64,000 bases of DNA from Nemertoderma westbladi (taxonomy: Eukaryota; Animalia; Xenacoelomorpha). Below are positions 49,636 to 62,133 of this stretch, in pieces; the stretch's first letter is position 1; each line of letters begins with the position of its first letter. The position numbers and the translations under genes were made by a program. Where the stretch lies: contig JAUCBJ010007762.1 in NCBI GenBank assembly GCA_032718475.1, positions 1 through 64,000 of the forward strand, written 5' to 3'. The notes below the pieces were generated by a model, which was given only the letters and a program-made list of their open reading frames with translations, was not told the DNA's origin and made no database searches.

Positions 49636-51762
49636 ATGGCTGACACAAGGCAAACTCTGTCAGATAGTCTCCTAGAAACAACAGCCTGTTTCTCAGATCA
49701 AAGTATAGAGAATCCCAGACCGAGGTCTGAAACCCCTCATACTGTAAGAAGGGCAACCCCTGCAGTGGTTGTGTCAGAACCTAGGTTGGTAGAAGCGATT
49801 TCGCAATTTGCGAAGTTAGTGAAGCGCCGTTGGTCTGCCATAGGCACTCGGGCCCAAGTCAAGCGGGATCAAGAAGAAGCTATAAAACAGCAGCAACCTC
49901 CTAGCCAAGAACCTAGTTCTCAGCGGCCCGATAGCTCCAGTAGTTCGGATACTGTTGAGCGGACGCCCGAACGCGGAGCGAAGATGGCGGATACGGTTTA
50001 TGATGAGCGGCCAACCTATGAAGAATCAACCGACGCCACTTCTTCTCAAGTGGAAAGCGAGGTGGAAAGCGAGGTGGAAAGCGAGGTGGAAAGCGAAGTG
50101 GAAAGCGAATTAACAGCAGCAGAGAAGCCGCGAACTAGAGACGCCATTGACATCTATCTGTCAGACTATCAGCGATTCATAGGAGACGAAGAGTTGAGGA
50201 GACGACTGTCTGGACTTCGCCCTAATAGTGAAGGAACCAAGCTTGTGTTGGACGCAATCGATGCGGAAATGTTAGCTGCAAACCAAGCTAAATTTGATGA
50301 AAAACTCCGCCTCGTTAGAGTCCAAGAAGAACAAATAAAGAAAAAACAGATAGAGGACCGAAAGGCAGCAGCAGTAACGGCGGCAGAAGCAGAAGCAGCA
50401 AAGGCAGCGGCAGCGGCAGCGACAGAAGCAGAAGCAGCAAAGGCAGCGGCAGCAGCAGAAGCAGAAAGAAAGGCAGCGGTGGCAGAAGCAGAACTGAGAG
50501 CGTCTGAGGAGACTACCCAACTAGAGTTGGAAAATCTGCAAGAGACGCAAGACTGCATAAATAAACAGTTAACTGCTAGTCAAATGCAGATGATGAGTCG
50601 ATCTACTCCCAAACGCCAAGAATACACATCATCAGAAGAAGGCGAGACTACAGATCCTGAAGGCGGAGGAAATAGATCTCGTCTAAGCAGGCGTAGAAAA
50701 ACATCTCACCGTTACAAATTGCCTGATTTGCCCCCAGCTGTTAGAAGACAACTAGCTAGCACAGACTTAAGTAGTATAGAACCTACAGACCAAATTATTA
50801 AGGTCAAAAGACTCCCTACTATAGTTGATGAGCCTGAAATAATTAGGCCTGTCATTCCCAAAGTCACTCCTGTGCTAGAGACCCCTGTACTTCCAGAGCT
50901 TAACTCTAAATTCCCTTTACACAGTACTACACTGCCTGTACCCGGTAGAACAGTCCATGAGAATATCCCTGTCCTGAGCACTGAGAGAGAAATCAAGGAT
51001 TTGTCTCCCGTCGTCCCGCGTCGGCCCGCTACAATGTTGGCGACTCCCGCTTCGGCGGTCAAGTGGGTAGAGGAGGGACGGCGGGGGATGAATCTCCTGC
51101 TCGGACAGATGCAGGAGACTGTCCACCAACTTAAGGGAACAGTAAGGGAAGGTAGGGCCGAATTGCAAGAAGTGCAGCAAAGTATCGCGCTAGAACGCGA
51201 CAAATTAGTCAATATACAAAAGAGTATACCAATACCCCCTGTAACATTGTGTCAACCTGTTAGGTCTGAAGTATTACATGCGCAAGGTGTGGAGCCTACA
51301 CGCATCTATACTGCTAGTGAAGTAGAAACTCCTATAGCAAACCCTATTAAGGGTGATTATAAACCTGTTGTTAATGATATTCCCTATAGACCTGATAATG
51401 ATCCGAGAAATTTATATACCGATAATTCGATATTAAATAACACGATGGCCCAAGAAAGCTTTACGCGTCAGATGGCTAGAACAGAAGCCCGCCAAGCGGT
51501 CAAAGTGGGAGAGATCGTCAAATTCAATGGAGATGAGATGAAATGGTTACCCTTCAATGAATACTACAAAGACAGCATACAGAACTCTGTACTATCTAAC
51601 GGAGAGAAACTTAGGTTCCTCATCAAGTGCTTGGAAGGACCTCCCAAGTTAATGGCGTTAAAGTTTATTGGACATCCAGAAGGATTAAGACAAGTTTGGG
51701 ATACATTAAACATCAGGTATGGTAACAAGGATAACATAGCTAAGTATTGTATGCAAAATTAG
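49636..51762 (+). CDS. gag: BEL/Pao Gag, N-terminal part, with a long low-complexity/coiled-coil extension
   Basis: 708-aa ORF with ESEV and AAEAEAAKAA repeats; BEL gag (DUF1759-type) motif KFNGDEMKWLPF...LSNGEKLRFLIKCLEGPP...LNIRYG. Confidence 0.85.
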   Translation: MADTRQTLSDSLLETTACFSDQSIENPRPRSETPHTVRRATPAVVVSEPRLVEAISQFAKLVKRRWSAIGTRAQVKRDQEEAIKQQQPPSQEPSSQRPDSSSSSDTVERTPERGAKMADTVYDERPTYEESTDATSSQVESEVESEVESEVESEVESELTAAEKPRTRDAIDIYLSDYQRFIGDEELRRRLSGLRPNSEGTKLVLDAIDAEMLAANQAKFDEKLRLVRVQEEQIKKKQIEDRKAAAVTAAEAEAAKAAAAAATEAEAAKAAAAAEAERKAAVAEAELRASEETTQLELENLQETQDCINKQLTASQMQMMSRSTPKRQEYTSSEEGETTDPEGGGNRSRLSRRRKTSHRYKLPDLPPAVRRQLASTDLSSIEPTDQIIKVKRLPTIVDEPEIIRPVIPKVTPVLETPVLPELNSKFPLHSTTLPVPGRTVHENIPVLSTEREIKDLSPVVPRRPATMLATPASAVKWVEEGRRGMNLLLGQMQETVHQLKGTVREGRAELQEVQQSIALERDKLVNIQKSIPIPPVTLCQPVRSEVLHAQGVEPTRIYTASEVETPIANPIKGDYKPVVNDIPYRPDNDPRNLYTDNSILNNTMAQESFTRQMARTEARQAVKVGEIVKFNGDEMKWLPFNEYYKDSIQNSVLSNGEKLRFLIKCLEGPPKLMALKFIGHPEGLRQVWDTLNIRYGNKDNIAKYCMQN

Positions 51763-53786
51763 TAGCCCCCCGAAACTTCCTTAGTAGCGGGATTATAGAG
51801 TTTTCCGATGAGATTCAGGAGATCTGTAGACAATTGGACTGGTTAGGTAAGTCTCATGAATATCAGAGTTCCATGGTTATTGGAGCAGTAGTCTCTACTT
51901 TACCAAAGGGTGGAGTATGTACACGCTGGGACAAGAAAGTGTTGTATATGAATGAGCAGCAACGACGAAGCCCTACCATGGCTGATCTCATGTCCTTTTT
52001 AGATAGTGAAGTAAAATTACAACTCATAAAGCAGTCCAGAGAGAAAACATCGGAAAATAAGGTAAGTGAGAAACCCGTTTCTAGGAGAAGGATAATACTA
52101 GTGTGTTATACTGACGACGGCGAAAGCCAAGCTTCTCAAGAAGAGGACAGCGGGAAAGACACAGCAAAATCTTACTATGACAACAAGACCTATAAAGACG
52201 TAAGTAAATATAAGTCTCGAACCAACGATAGGAGAGAACAGGTAACAACAACTCCTCCCACGTCTCCTAAGAGAATTCACGGAAGAAAGCCCGAAGAAAG
52301 AACGAGAGTGCATAACGTTACCCAAGGTAAAGTGAGTAACATCAAACCAAAATGTGCGCTGTGCGACGGGCCCCACCGTTTGAGTGCGTGTGCTGAATTT
52401 CTAAAGAAATCCCTTGTAGACAGACGTGCAGTCCTGTGGAATAAGCGGTTATGCTATAATTGCCTCAGATCAGGACACCAACGGCGAACCTGTTACTCCG
52501 ACGTAAGGTGTGCAAAGTGTGGCGCGAAACATCACATCTTGTTACACAGTGAGTTCGAACGAGACAACCCGAGTCAGGTAAGTGAGCCCGAACTACATGT
52601 CCAATTCAGTGATGTAAATGACACTGATCAAGAGTCTGAGATGGAAGGATTCTATACGGACGAATTCTCCGACGCCAACGAATCCTGTTACCTAATAAAT
52701 ACCGCAGTGTATCGAGCACTTACGTATGAAAAGGACACCGACAATGAGTTTCCCCCAACTACCTTTAACAGACAACCATCTTGGAAACCTCCAACTTCCA
52801 ACGTAGGAATCAGAGAATTTCCTGTAGTGCAGGTAAGAGTTCACGGTCCTAACAAAAGTTACATAGTGAACGCCCTCCTTGACTCCGGCAGCACAGGAAC
52901 ATTCATCGATCAAGAACTAGCCGAAGATATCTTTGCTGGACAACCCAAATTCCGAACTAAATTGAATATGTCAGGAATTATGCAGGTTTGGAAATCTACC
53001 ATAACGGCAGATTACTATGTAGGTGCGTTGTCCACCCCCCAGGATAAATTAGGAGCACAAAGTATAAGGTCAGTAAAAATGGTGGCTATAAAGAACTTCG
53101 CTACTACCCAAGTAGAACCTTATAACTGGGACGAGGACGAGAGCATCCAACAGCTTAAGATACCTCGATTCCAGACAGATTATCCTGGAGTGCAAATACT
53201 CATCGGCCAAAACGCGCATGAGGCGCTCGAGACATTGGAGAAACGGCCTGCTCAACTGCAGCCACTACAAACCTATGCGGTAAGAACTAGAGTAGGTTGG
53301 TACTTCACTGGCCCTTCCCGTAGAACTCTCAAAGAGAGATTACCTCAACAACAGGTATACCAAGTAAAGGAATGGGAAGTGGAGAGCAGTGATGTGGATG
53401 ATCCAACTGAGGGAACACCATACTCCTCAGATAATGACGATATTAACTCCAATGTAGATCAATGGAGACATTGCCTTGGGACGATTAATCCAGCCGACAT
53501 CGCTTCCAGAGGAGCAACTCATCAAGAACTGATAGATACTCCAAGCTGGTTAGGTGGATCCGACTTCTTAAGTAAAGAAGAAGAAGAATGGCCTCCTCAT
53601 CCTACCACGGCGGAGATTAGACAGGCCAAGGGAGCGGAGAAAGTAACACAACAACTCAATCGCCCAGCTAGTCGTTTATGTTTACTGGAAAGAGACCGAA
53701 AACTGTCCGGAAACTATGGAAGGCAAGATACTCTTCCTACGACCACTTCCCTAATCCGACAAATATCTAGGGACTCCATAACGTAA
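51747..53786 (+). CDS. BEL/Pao Gag C-terminus plus aspartic protease, fused to an RNase H C-terminal remnant (RT and integrase absent)
   Basis: Knuckles CALCDGPHRLSAC, CYNCLRSGHQRRTC, CAKCGAKHHILLH; protease ALLDSGSTGTFI; ILIGQN; then directly QWRHCLGTINPADIASRG...WLGGSDFL...WP. Joined to the upstream ORF by a 1-nt frameshift near 51755. Confidence 0.9.
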   Translation: MYAKLVAPRNFLSSGIIEFSDEIQEICRQLDWLGKSHEYQSSMVIGAVVSTLPKGGVCTRWDKKVLYMNEQQRRSPTMADLMSFLDSEVKLQLIKQSREKTSENKVSEKPVSRRRIILVCYTDDGESQASQEEDSGKDTAKSYYDNKTYKDVSKYKSRTNDRREQVTTTPPTSPKRIHGRKPEERTRVHNVTQGKVSNIKPKCALCDGPHRLSACAEFLKKSLVDRRAVLWNKRLCYNCLRSGHQRRTCYSDVRCAKCGAKHHILLHSEFERDNPSQVSEPELHVQFSDVNDTDQESEMEGFYTDEFSDANESCYLINTAVYRALTYEKDTDNEFPPTTFNRQPSWKPPTSNVGIREFPVVQVRVHGPNKSYIVNALLDSGSTGTFIDQELAEDIFAGQPKFRTKLNMSGIMQVWKSTITADYYVGALSTPQDKLGAQSIRSVKMVAIKNFATTQVEPYNWDEDESIQQLKIPRFQTDYPGVQILIGQNAHEALETLEKRPAQLQPLQTYAVRTRVGWYFTGPSRRTLKERLPQQQVYQVKEWEVESSDVDDPTEGTPYSSDNDDINSNVDQWRHCLGTINPADIASRGATHQELIDTPSWLGGSDFLSKEEEEWPPHPTTAEIRQAKGAEKVTQQLNRPASRLCLLERDRKLSGNYGRQDTLPTTTSLIRQISRDSIT

Positions 53787-54309
53787 TAACATATGGAGTG
53801 GGCGTGTGACTATATCATTTTATATTTGTTTTTATTTTATATTTATGTATGTATTATTATGTAATTTTATTATAATCGTTTTCTTTAATTTTATTTAGTA
53901 GAATGTTATTTTAGTGATTATTTAGTAGATTAGTGCAATATATTAGTGTTTATTACGTACGTAATTCCTTATAATATATATTTAGTGCGACGGCGAGAAA
54001 TAATTATTTTTCTCTTTCCTTACTGTCCGTATCATATTATAAATACGTGACTACAGTAAGATGAAATGTCCGTACTTATTGGAGTACAATAAAGCCACTA
54101 CTATATTTAAGTATTATTGGTAGGCAGAGTATTAGGAATGCAAAGTTCAGATCCTCGTGTCTCGGCTAAACCAAGCTCTGGGTAGACCTTGGAAACGACT
54201 TGCCTCTTCACACTGACATTGCTTCGTGCGATATTGCTCTTCTACCGTATATTAAATAATACATATAGTAGCGTGATGTCCCTAACAGTAGCGTAAAACG
54301 CAAATAAAT

Positions 54310-54610
54310 CTGTTAAACCTTTTGACCATCTGTAATTCTAGTCGATTAAGATATCGCGGCACCCACCGATATACTTGAAAGACAAATTCTAGAATCAGTG
54401 GTTAACGTCCCCAGACAAGTTCTGGAATAAATCGGTGCCCATCTTAAATATTAATTTAATATTTATTAAAATCTGTAAAATTCAGATCCTTTAAAATTTC
54501 TAGTCAATTAAGATATCGCAGCACTTACCGATACTCTTAAAAGACAATTTATAGAATTCAGGATCCTCAGTCCCCAGACATGCTCTGGAATAAAAATTGT
54601 GTCAATTTTA
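54310..54610. repeat. ~163-bp imperfect tandem duplication in the spacer before the accessory ORF
   Basis: ttctagtc.attaagatatcgc.gcac...gtccccagaca.g.tctggaataaa occurs twice. Confidence 0.75.
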
Positions 54611-55398
54611 ACATCAAATAATAAAATTCACGGGAATAGATTTAAATTCATATTTTAAATGAATTTCATAAATTGTCATTTTGTGCAATTTATAACATTC
54701 CCAAAACTCCATTAATTAATAGATCATGGGAGCGGAGATTCATCCTATTGAGTGTATTAGAGTGCGAGAATCTCCAACATATAGTCAATAGCCGATAAAA
54801 TTAATAAAATCATGCATAAAGAGGATATTGACAATTAAAGAATTATTATTAAATAGCATCCCAGATCTGTATGCATGAGAATTACCCTAATTCTACCGCT
54901 AGCATTCCATAATGTCACGCTAGAATTAGAAGCAAGTTAAGAGAACAATAGAAAGCTTGTCCCATTGCATAGCATAGAGAATACATAGCACACTGTTAGT
55001 ATCCAAGGATACACAGTAATAACGTGACATTCTGGAATGCACTGACTAACGGACAAATGGCCTGTATGTGTACAATTGGTGACAGTTGTGTGGAATTTGT
55101 GCGTTTATAGGTGAATGTTACTGCTAAAGTATGTTTACAGTAGCTAGTCGCAATTGTGAAAGTAGCCCAACTCTCCTATAGAAAGAACCTAAAGTGGATT
55201 CAAGCCTTTGGGACGGACAGTGGAGTGACTTGTGCCGGTTATCGTTGTCGTGCTGTTGCTACATGTTGGCGTAAACACCGCGATGACGGTACATCGGCGC
55301 TGAGAATCCCACTGTCCGGGGGCAAAGAGAGGTAGGCAGCGACGTCCGCTCGCCTAAACATAAACTCATTTCGATATTAATAAACTCAGATAGCAGAT

Positions 55399-56847
55399 AT
55401 GACGGAGTTGATAGAAGATGATCTTGGTATCAGGGAGCGATATACTCTACCTTTACAAGCATTTGTGGATAGCTTGATACGCGGTGAAACCGATCCAACC
55501 ATTACAGAGGACGATGGTCGTTATATCGAACCGCCGATGTCCCAAGAGCAACTTACGCGTGAATTGGACTATCGAAAATTCACCGCTCGCTATACGCATC
55601 GTAATAGTACGTATATGGACTTCCTAACTACCGGCCATCCTATCGATTTACATGATACGGACGATGTAGACACCGAAAGGGAAATGGTTCTATTTAAATA
55701 TCATACCCAGCGGCGTCGTAACGATAAACCGAGAATAGATCACGAAAATTCTATTCGTAACAGACTGGGAAGACGAACCAATATGCCTAGAATCTGAGGA
55801 GATTCAGCCTATCGCGCCCGGAACAGCGACAACGATTACATCCTAGAATGGTATCAAGGTCCACAGTGTCTCACTGCGTACGATTATCGCCATGCCAACT
55901 ATGTTTCTCGGCAACGTTGTCGGTTATGCGCATCGAGAGACCATGTTACGCTCATGGACACAAACGTCCGCTGTTCCTATTTCCACGAACAACCGGCGAT
56001 GGAAATTTATTGTGCGTATTGCAGACTCAATAACTTGCACATTTTTGCGGTTTGCCCTCAATTTATGACTCAATGTCACCATTGTCAACTAAAGGGACAC
56101 GCCAGTTTCGATTGCCCTTTTAATCGCGATTTGGAAAGCGTAGATGAAATGATCACACTACGTTACATCAGAGCTTGGGAAGCGAACGCTGATTTACATT
56201 GTGATTCGCGCCATCGTTATTATCCTGGACGCGCTTACGAAGGAGTTTATGCGTTCCATCCTTATCTATTCGCTTCTGTCAAACAGAAATCACGCATATC
56301 GAGTTACGAACTACTGAAGCGCGTCGGAGAATGTATTTCAACCAAATTCGTACGCAAATTTCTCAGGAGTGTTAATCCTAGCGACCTTCATTCCTATAAC
56401 TTAATCAATTATATCCGTCAGGATCCGGACTATGGAGACTTATTTGTTAACTCACACCCCGAGTTACAGGAAGTATATCGACGGCCTTACGAATACCGAG
56501 CCCGCGAACGCGAGTTGGAAAGAACCATTAAACCCCGGAGGTTTCTAACTGCCTATGGTCCACCCACGGCTCTCGTTCAGACCACTCGTAAAGGACCCGT
56601 AAGAGTGGCTGTCTTAAAACGAGCTCTCAAAGCCGTTAGACCCCTCTCCCCCGACGTTGATGTCAATCAACCCGGTACTTCGACTGGCGGATACACCGAC
56701 CATAATCCTACACCCTCTGATGCAATCATATTGCACCCTTCACCCAGGAGTTATAGCCCTCCTTGTAAAGTGGCTCGCCCCAAAGAGAAAAAGACTCTGG
56801 CTAGCTTTAAAAAACTGCGTAAACGCCGTCCGCGTAAGAAAGACTAA
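55399..56847 (+). pseudogene. Accessory triple-zinc-knuckle ORF of element 2 (about 482 codons, one in-frame TGA at 55795-55797)
   Basis: ORFs 55399-55797 and 55954-56847 share a frame. The intervening codons read GDSAYRARNSDNDYILEWYQGPQCLTAYDYRHANYVSRQRCRLCASRDHVTL. Knuckles CRLC..H..C, CAYC..H..C, CHHC..H..C; basic C-terminus. Confidence 0.8.
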
Positions 56848-56925
56848 CTGTTTAGAGTATTTACGTATATTAGAAACTGTGATTTTGTATATTTTATAGA
56901 CTCAAATCCCATTTTCTGGGAGCGG

Positions 56926-58183
56926 TGTAAAAGCTTCTGTGGGATATAACTGGCCCTTTTGCTTTGCAATCCAGTTTCCCCCCAGGCGCTGGAATACTCT
57001 AAAAAGCTCTCTAACTCGAATGATGCAAAGCGACCGGCTGATTGGCTGATTTGTTATACGAGGGGCTCTTTACTATGTTCTATCGGCCAACCAGAGCTAT
57101 AGCAGCAGAGTATGCAACCAGGACAACCGAGCGGAGTGACTCATTTTGTGTGTTGGCCAAGGGTTGCAAAATTCCTGATAGTTCGGCATTTAGATATTCG
57201 TGGAACTTGTGGAATCTGGTGTTCTGCCAATGAGAGCTATTCCTCTCTGTGTAAAAGATACCTGCAACGGTGTTAGGGACAGAAGCAGTTTTTTCTTGAT
57301 ATACTGTTGTGTTGTTTCTATCTAGGCCAGGAACACCGGCTCTAGAGTCAATTCGTTTCAGACTTTTAGAAGAAACATTAGTAGGCTTAAGATTATAGAG
57401 CGTATAACTGTTATCAACTCATATCAATCAGTGCATATCACGGTCCATATCAGTTCAATTCATAACATATCATATCTTAACCTACCGACTTAATGCTTTT
57501 TACTGTTGTCATATTTTGTATCAGTTGGTTGAATATTATTTGGAGAACATTTATAAAGAACCCAAATTTCCCAATTTTCTTGATACACTACAGGTTAGAG
57601 AGACGGGTTATATATAGCGATTGCGACTCATATTATTGTGGTTTGTAGTGAATTTAATGCTATTTGATAAGCACTACATGAGTCAGTTGCTGTTCTCTTT
57701 ATATATGATAAAATTCATTGACGGTCGGCAAATTAGTGAGCAGTATTGTGTGTTACCGGTAGTGTGCATGATTGTGACTGATAACTAAGCATTTCCTAAA
57801 GAATGCGCCTCATACGTGAATCATAAGCCTTACCGACTTACCGTTGTGATTAGTATAAGTCATATCTCTGTTTACCTAGATAGAGCGCCACGTCCTAAAG
57901 GAACTGTTAATATTTCCCGAAAGTGAATAATATTAGTCAGAAATTATTTATTAACGATCAATCGAATAATACAGTAAGCTTACACTGCAATAATAATCTA
58001 AGCCCTCAGAATCCAGTCTCCCGGGTATATCCAGCGGGTGAATGGACGCGCACTAGGCTGGCTTCTGCTAATGTTGTGTTTATTGGTATTAAATATTTGT
58101 CAACTTCTAAAGTCTATTTATAAACCAAAAGACATATAAATTTTGGCAGGTTAAACTGCTAAAGGTCTTCAAAAGCGCGTACA
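56926..58183 (+). repeat. 3' LTR of element 2 (1258 bp)
   Basis: TGTAAAAGC...GCGCGTACA, followed by TSD CTACC. Confidence 0.97.
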
Positions 58184-59454
58184 CTACCTACCATCAAAAA
58201 CACTAGCTACCACAAAAATTTAACATGTAATGAGTCCACAATATGTTCCAGAACATAAATCAATAGGCCTAACCAAAAACAGTCCAAAACAGCTATTAAA
58301 AAAAGCTTAATAATGGTGACACGGGCTACACTAGTGCCTATATCATGAATCTGTTAATGACTGATCGGACAGTCAGAGAGTGAATTACTACTTAAATGAA
58401 TTTCAGTTTTCTTTTGCATAATGCATAAATCTGCATTTAGTTTTCTATGTTACCGGTACAGCTAGGCCTAATACATACTGTAGGATATCCTGAATGATGT
58501 TACGAATGAATAATGTTGATGAGAAGGGCTACTTAAATTACTTTCAGTTTCCATATGTCTGCAGTTTGATTGAAGCCTAGGCCCACGGCCATTCAGTTTA
58601 TTGCCTATTACGCACTGTTAGACCTGTAGGCCTACTATTGACTAGTTTTGGTCAAAAACAATTAGAACTACGGGTACCTGACTAACAGAAATAAACTTAA
58701 TTGAATATTATAAAAGTACCGGTACCGGAGGCCTACCGGTTGAATACCTATGTTTAACTAGTATATTAATATACAGTATAAACGCATACAGTTCTGGTAA
58801 TTACCGGTATTATAAATCGACATATCATGCGGATGAATATTTCGTCCTACATTTTCTGTAACTTTAAATCTAGAACTAACAGTCTCTGTGGTTCGCGAAC
58901 CCATGTTATACTGTATGGAGATGAAAATCAAAAATATTTATAGGGAATTTATTGTTGTTTAATTACAAAAAATATAAATCGATATTTCACGCGGATGAAT
59001 TTTTTCGTACTACATATTCTAACGCTAACAGGCAGTACTCAATAATGATTAAATTTGTTGCTACGGAAACTGTATAAAACCTCTAAGGAAATCTAAGGAA
59101 TTGTGCTTTGTCAACCTGCATGTAGATATAACTTGATCCACGTAAAGGACAATTTTAGAATCGAATTAGTGAGATTCAGGTTTGATTGATTCGTTGCTAT
59201 AAGAATATTAAAAACGCACAGGCTAAATTTAAATAAATACCCTGATTAATAAAAACATAGTTATTATGGCAATGGGAAACCTTTCTTAAGGTTGCACTTT
59301 GTATCTAAGAGGGTCCACTTCTCGTACTACAGTATGATAATGACAACTCTCCGAAAGTGCAAAGCGATCTCTGTTTATATTCGAAATGGAAATCAGATTA
59401 CTCGACGCGTTGAAACCTTTCACGGACACAATAAAGTGCCACTGTGTAGTTGCT

Positions 59455-59640
59455 ACACCTTGGTGTAGTGGCTTGGTGGCTAAATCCTTTGCCTTTAATT
59501 CTCATCGGAGGTCTTGGGTTCGATCCCTCATTGGGGTGCAGGGTAGTTTTGGTTTCGTCACAAATAATTTAAAGGGTCTAGCCACTAACCAGGGTGCATC
59601 TCTGCCTTGCATCCACTCATAAATGACTATAATGTACCCG
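59455..59640 (+). mobile_element. tRNA-derived SINE-like sequence
   Basis: A-box-like TGGTGTAGTGG/TGGCTTGGTGG and B-box GGGTTCGATCCC (~59516), without a clean cloverleaf. Confidence 0.6.
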
Positions 59641-59889
59641 TTCCACTTCACAAGAGAAAGATATATCAATACTGTAATTTCAATTCTTAATTAATGAAAT
59701 TTAACTATTGATAATAAATTTATTATTTAATTAATTAATGTTAAGAATATACTATTTTAAATAACTTGGATCGTATATTACGTAGTCCAATTATTGCATA
59801 GCCTCTTTTAATTAAGCATTTTTCACTGGGCGGCACATATTCATAATGCAAAGTAGGTTATGTAATGAAGGTCAAACTACTGAGAGAAG

Positions 59890-60575
59890 GAACAACTGAG
59901 GAACAGAGGTTAGGGCAGCGGTTAAACTAACTGCGGAACAAAGGTTAGGACAGCGGTTATACTAACTGATTAAACTAACTGTGGGACAACAGTTAGAAAC
60001 CCGGTTAAACTAACTGATGAACAAAGGTTAGGACAGCGGTTAAACTAACTGTGGAACAAAGGTTATAAAACCGGTTAAACTAACTGATTAACAAAGGTTA
60101 GGACAGCGGTTAAACTAATGATGGAACAAAGATTAGGACAGCGGTTAAACCAACTGTGGAACAAAGGTTATAAAACCGGTTAAACTAACTGATTAACAAA
60201 GGTTAGGACAGCGGTTAAACTAATGATGGAACAAAGATTAGGACAGCGGTTAAACTAACTGTGGAACAAAGGTTAAGACAGCGTTTACGATGATTATGTA
60301 CGATAATAATAATAATAATAATACTAACTGATTAAACTAAATGTGGAACAAAGGTTAGAACACCGGTTAAACTAACTAATTAAAAGGGCTGCGGAACAAA
60401 GGTTAGGACACCGGTTAAACAAACTAAGGAACAAAAGGTTAGGACAGCGGTTAAACTAACTAATTAAAAGGGCTGTGGAACAAAGGTTAGGACACCGGTT
60501 AAACAAACTAAGGAACAAAAGGTTAGGACAGCGGTTAAACTAACTGATTAAACTAAGTGTGGAACAAAGGTTAAG
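59890..60575. repeat. Minisatellite, ~35-bp unit (GAACAAAGGTTAGGACAGCGGTTAAACTAACTGTG)
   Basis: About 15 imperfect tandem copies with an (AAT)n interruption. Confidence 0.9.
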
Positions 60576-62133
60576 ATATAAATTTACAGCGTATATTTAT
60601 TTTTTTAAGTACCGGTACTGTAGCTGTAAGTTACATATACATAAAAGGTTAATTACAAAAATAAATAAACAAGTGTTCAAAATTATATACATATGAATTT
60701 AATTCATTTGATAAATTCAATTTAATGATGATAATTTAATGATTTGATGAATTCATTTAATTTAATGCATTTAAATAAACATTAGGCACGTCATGATAAA
60801 AGTTATTATGTTAAAAAATATTTAGATAATATATAATTAGACATGCATTAGATGGTTACAATACTGTATACTGGGGGCGCGGCGCTCGTGGCATCTTCAC
60901 TGATTTTCGAATTTTATGAATAATGCGCTATTTAACTATTGATAATAAATTTATTATTTAATTAATTTTAATTAATTAATGTTAAGAATATAGTATTTGA
61001 AAAATTACAAAATAAATTTTATAGTGCCCCTTTTATTTAGACAATTTCCATATCATCAATATATTCTCGCAATTAATAAAAAGATAAATAAATCTAGTAA
61101 TAAGTAAAAAAGGCCTAAATAAGTAAAATAAGTAAAAACTCTATTTTGAAATCTGCCTATATTTTGTATAAAATATAAAAAACTAGCTAGTTAATAAATA
61201 CTAGCTACTTTGACTATCAAATAAAAATTACTAGCTACACCATGACTCATAAATTAATCCATGCTAATATATAATTGAGAATTAAATTCCCGGTATATCT
61301 TACATTTACTAGCTAATAAATAGTGCTAGCTAACACAAAATCAAAATTACTAGCTACCATCTTATTGTCAGAAGGTAAAATATTTGTTCTAGAAAAAAAA
61401 ACCTCATGATAAAAGTAATTTCATATCAAAAAATGGGTCAAAATTTGGGCGCCCACTACCTAGGGCGTAGTAATGCCGCAAAATCATTAGTAATAAAGTA
61501 AATAACCTTTTTTGTCGGCGTAACAAATGAGCGGGAACACAGCGGTAGATTCTTTTGTCATCTGGCGTTCCATTGATCAGCTACACTCCTTACTTTGTGT
61601 GTACCGGTACACATTGGAACTACATCTCGTGAACTGCATCGGATAAGCAATATTAATTACTTAGTAAATGTAAAGACTAAATGGATAGTAAGAATCCCAC
61701 TAAATGTGTGTAAATTTATTCGTTATTCTATAAAACAGTACCAACCTTGTAGTTAATTCCATGTTATATGACACATAAACTCAGCATCACTTTAATTATT
61801 GGTACTAAAGCCACTAGAATTGTATTATTTCAACTAATTGTGGTACCTTTTTTTTCAGAAACGGCCAAATTGCGACTTTCTTACAAGTGCGTTTACTGGT
61901 TTTTGGGAATCAACTATTCTAGAATACGGGGTTTCTAAGAAAACTAATAATACAGTAATATTAATTCCGACCAGCAAAGGAAATGCCACGTATATGTATT
62001 TTAATATATGTAAATGGCGGATGTTGAGGGTGGGTGGGGGGGGGGGGGGTTATAGTAAGGTTATAGTTTGTGTAAGTAAGTAACCATTTTAGTTACAAAT
62101 TGAGGGAAAGGAGCAGGTTACACCCTGCAAACC

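Larger units (their letters stand above)
46125..58183 (+). mobile_element. Complete, young, non-autonomous BEL/Pao LTR retrotransposon (element 2, 12059 bp)
   Basis: 5-bp TSD CTACC (46120-46124 and 58184-58188); TGT...ACA LTRs at offset 10801; gag-protease; PPT-like GGGAGCGG before the 3' LTR. Confidence 0.95.

Noticed and set aside
51740-51765. Programmed gag-pol ribosomal frameshift
   Set aside because: It falls in the middle of Gag, has no X XXY YYZ slippery heptamer, and BEL elements normally have a single ORF. A lost A in CAAAAT (mutation or sequencing error) is simpler.
55795-55797. Selenocysteine or programmed readthrough at single TGA codons (also 30738-30740)
   Set aside because: No SECIS or readthrough context was recognised; a nonsense point mutation is more parsimonious until other copies are compared.
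59455-59540. tRNA gene
   Set aside because: A and B boxes are present, but I could not build a consistent cloverleaf or anticodon arm; better explained as a SINE head.
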